Below are positions 61,999 through 64,000 of a DNA stretch of 64,000 nt, one piece after another. Position numbers and translations under genes: made by a program. This stretch comes from an uncultured delta proteobacterium (GTDB taxonomy: Bacteria > Myxococcota_A > Polyangia > Fen-1088). The notes under the pieces are model-generated. The model did no database searches. It saw only the letters and a program-made list of their open reading frames with translations, and had not been told where the DNA came from. The number at the start of each line of letters is the position of its first letter. Positions within the stretch are counted from its first letter, which is position 1. The stretch lies in the NCBI GenBank assembly GCA_963796685.1, contig CAWCMR010000025.1, forward strand, positions 1,120,001 through 1,184,000, in the 5' to 3' direction.

Positions 61999-62422
61999 CA
62001 GCCTCTAGCGGCTGGTCGATCTATCGCCAGGGCATCTGAACCGGCCCAGAAATGCCGTCGCCGACGCCGCTGTGACCGTGATTCGCCAGGTCAGTGGGCG
62101 CAGCATAGCCGGGACACTTGGAGCCCACCTCGGAGAAAACGTCCAGCAGGAGAGCCCTACCCGAGGCGTCTTGCTGGAGCGGTGCTACGTCGCAACCCTC
62201 AAGAACCAAGACGGCTTCTGACACATGCGCCCCTTATGAAACCAGTGTCGTTGCAACCACGCCCGCCTAACGATCCGAGTCGTCCCGAGCCTCCGAACCT
62301 GGTTTGCGATTCGGTCACGCAGACTGCCGCGCCGCGATGCACAGCCCAGCACCCCAACAGCCCAGCGCCGCCCTTGTCTAACTGCAGCGCTCTGCATAGA
62401 CTCCGCACCAGGCGTAACGAAA

Positions 62423-63547
62423 ATGACCAGGCCTGCTGCCCCCAACGCCTTACGCCCAAACCGGTACAGGAGCGACGCACGCACGGCCGGTTGGATCGGC
62501 GCCAAGCCGGTGATCGCTCGGCGAATTGTGTCCTTGTGCGCATTCGCTTACCCGTTGGCGCTGGTCGGGGTGGTAGTAGCATTTCGTCTCGTTGGAGAGC
62601 GCTGGTGGTTGACGACGACAGCGCTCTACCTGCCGCGCGTCGGATGGGCGTTGCCGCTCCCCTTCGTGACCGTCGCGCTGCTGATTACCCGCAGCTACCG
62701 GCTGCTCCTCACGCAGCTCGCGGCGCTCTTGCTACTGCTCTTTCCGCTCATGGGGCTGTACCTTTCCGGTCCGCGGCCAGAAACACCGGGCGCGCTAAAC
62801 TTTCGGATCTTCACGTTCAACATCGGCCTAGGAATGAACGGCGTCGCCGATGTGCTTGCCCGCATCCGCGATGCGCGCGCTGACGTGGTCGTGCTCGAGG
62901 AGGTCAGCGACGAGAACGTCGCCTTCCTGCGCGCCGGCCTCTCTGGCTTCGCGTTTCAGCACCTCGATCAGTTCGTGATCGCCAGCCGATTTCCGATCGA
63001 CAAAGCGTTCGTGCCTCCAGAGATCGAGGTCGACGGCGCCCCGCATTCTCGCCACTACGCGCGCTGCCGCCTGCGAACGCCCGCGGGCCCCATCCGACTC
63101 TACGTGACCCACCCGATTTCGCCCCACGGCGTGCTCGACCGGATCCGGGGGGACGGACTCCGCGACGAGATCCTGAGCGGCCGTACTTTTATGGCCCGTA
63201 CGCGTGAAGGCGTGGCGGCAAACGCGCGTCAGCGCGTGGCACAGGTCCGTGCCCTCGCGGAGGACGCCGCCCACTCGCCCGATCCGGTGCTCATCGCGGG
63301 AGACACCAACCTGCCTGGGCTGAGCTGGGCCTTCGCGCGCTGGTTGGGTGGCTATCAGGACGCCTTCGCGGAGGTCGGACGCGGTTTTGGGTACACCTAC
63401 CCGGCGCACAAGCGGGTCTGGATGCGGATCGATCGAATCCTGGGTGGTCCGGGGATCACGTTTTTGAACGCGGGGCCGATCGGGCCCCGCTCTTACACCC
63501 ATCTAGGCCTGGTGGCCGAAGCAGAAATCTATCCAGCCACGCGATGA
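62423..63547 (+). CDS. Membrane-anchored endonuclease/exonuclease/phosphatase-family protein
   Basis: Three N-terminal TMs; TFNI, ADVVVLEEV, IAGDTN, GFGYTYP, RIDRIL; the usual SDH motif reads THL. Confidence 0.8.
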   Translation: MTRPAAPNALRPNRYRSDARTAGWIGAKPVIARRIVSLCAFAYPLALVGVVVAFRLVGERWWLTTTALYLPRVGWALPLPFVTVALLITRSYRLLLTQLAALLLLLFPLMGLYLSGPRPETPGALNFRIFTFNIGLGMNGVADVLARIRDARADVVVLEEVSDENVAFLRAGLSGFAFQHLDQFVIASRFPIDKAFVPPEIEVDGAPHSRHYARCRLRTPAGPIRLYVTHPISPHGVLDRIRGDGLRDEILSGRTFMARTREGVAANARQRVAQVRALAEDAAHSPDPVLIAGDTNLPGLSWAFARWLGGYQDAFAEVGRGFGYTYPAHKRVWMRIDRILGGPGITFLNAGPIGPRSYTHLGLVAEAEIYPATR

Positions 63548-63672
63548 CTCTGAGACCTAGGACTGACACCAAAGGGCAGGTGCTTTAACATCCATGGAAA
63601 TCGTTGCATCGGCGAACCGGCATTCCACGCGGGGCTGGCGCAGGCGCAGCAAGACACGTATCCTGCACCATC

Positions 63673-63840
63673 ATGTGGTCTCATACTCTCGCCGTGAGTG
63701 TCTGGGCCGTCATGGCTGCGGGCTGCGCCACGCAGGCAGTCTGCGACTATTCGAAGGAGCCCGATCCGCGCCGTACGGAATACGCGGTGGGGCCAGGCGA
63801 CGTGCTACGAGTCAGGCGTGAGCAGGGACATCTAGCCTGA
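63673..63840 (+). pseudogene. Truncated OPX/Wza polysaccharide-export lipoprotein
   Basis: Lipobox AAGC, then DYSKEPDPRRTEYAVGPGDVLRV (Poly_export N-terminus); homology stops and TGA follows at 63840. Confidence 0.65.
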
Positions 63841-64000
63841 GGGGTGCGGGCGGAGTTTTGATCGCGTTTGTTGAGGGACAAAAGAACGAGCCCCCTCAAG
63901 AAACTTGCGAAAAGTGTCCGAGGGGGCTCGCCTCCGGGTTGCTCAGACTCGGAGGAGACCATGATGCACGTTCAGCGGCTGGCAGTGGAATTCTTTGCCA
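63836..64000 (+). mobile_element. Possible insertion-sequence left end plus the start of its transposase (family unresolved)
   Basis: Follows the truncation point; GGAGGAG SD and ATG at 63961 (MMHVQRLAVEFFA...) running off the window. Confidence 0.3.

Noticed and set aside
62000-62420. Possible small gene or ops/JUMPStart element in the EPS locus
   Set aside because: No GGCGGTAG ops core seen, and the short ORFs lack recognisable motifs or start signals.

Overview
High-GC (roughly 68-70% by eye) chromosomal segment, most consistent with a Myxococcota (Polyangia-like) bacterium: Glt/AgmU-like TPR proteins, myxobacterial PilZ proteins, DUF4388, FHA-TM-TPR proteins, Cys-rich lipoproteins and a myxosortase-like CPBP protease. 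It is mostly housekeeping genes (obg, rpmA, rplU, hisD, proA, rsmI, pdxA, folK, aroB, tatA, lolC/E, mltD, ccmE, an RluA-family gene), plus an orphan FlhA/SctV gene. At the right end is a lower-GC exopolysaccharide locus containing an RsbW/STAS partner-switch pair and a truncated OPX (Wza) gene followed by a probable IS end. No tRNA, rRNA or CRISPR array was seen. Most notable non-annotated signals: (1) a helically phased array of about 12 11-bp direct repeats (core CG[A/C]TG) just upstream of a MerR/Xis-type winged-helix gene; (2) four frameshifts (obg, flhA x2, an MBL hydrolase) that are all the same one-base insertion in the palindrome GAGCTC, suggesting a methylation-linked basecalling artefact; (3) a two-hairpin repeat family with a covarying second stem that forms tandem arrays right after stop codons and abuts the obg start codon; (4) a TAnnnT -10 box 5-9 nt before many start codons with no SD, suggesting widespread leaderless mRNAs; (5) a MITE-like element with 17-bp inverted ends. 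All calls are by eye from the sequence and ORF track; no database searches were run.
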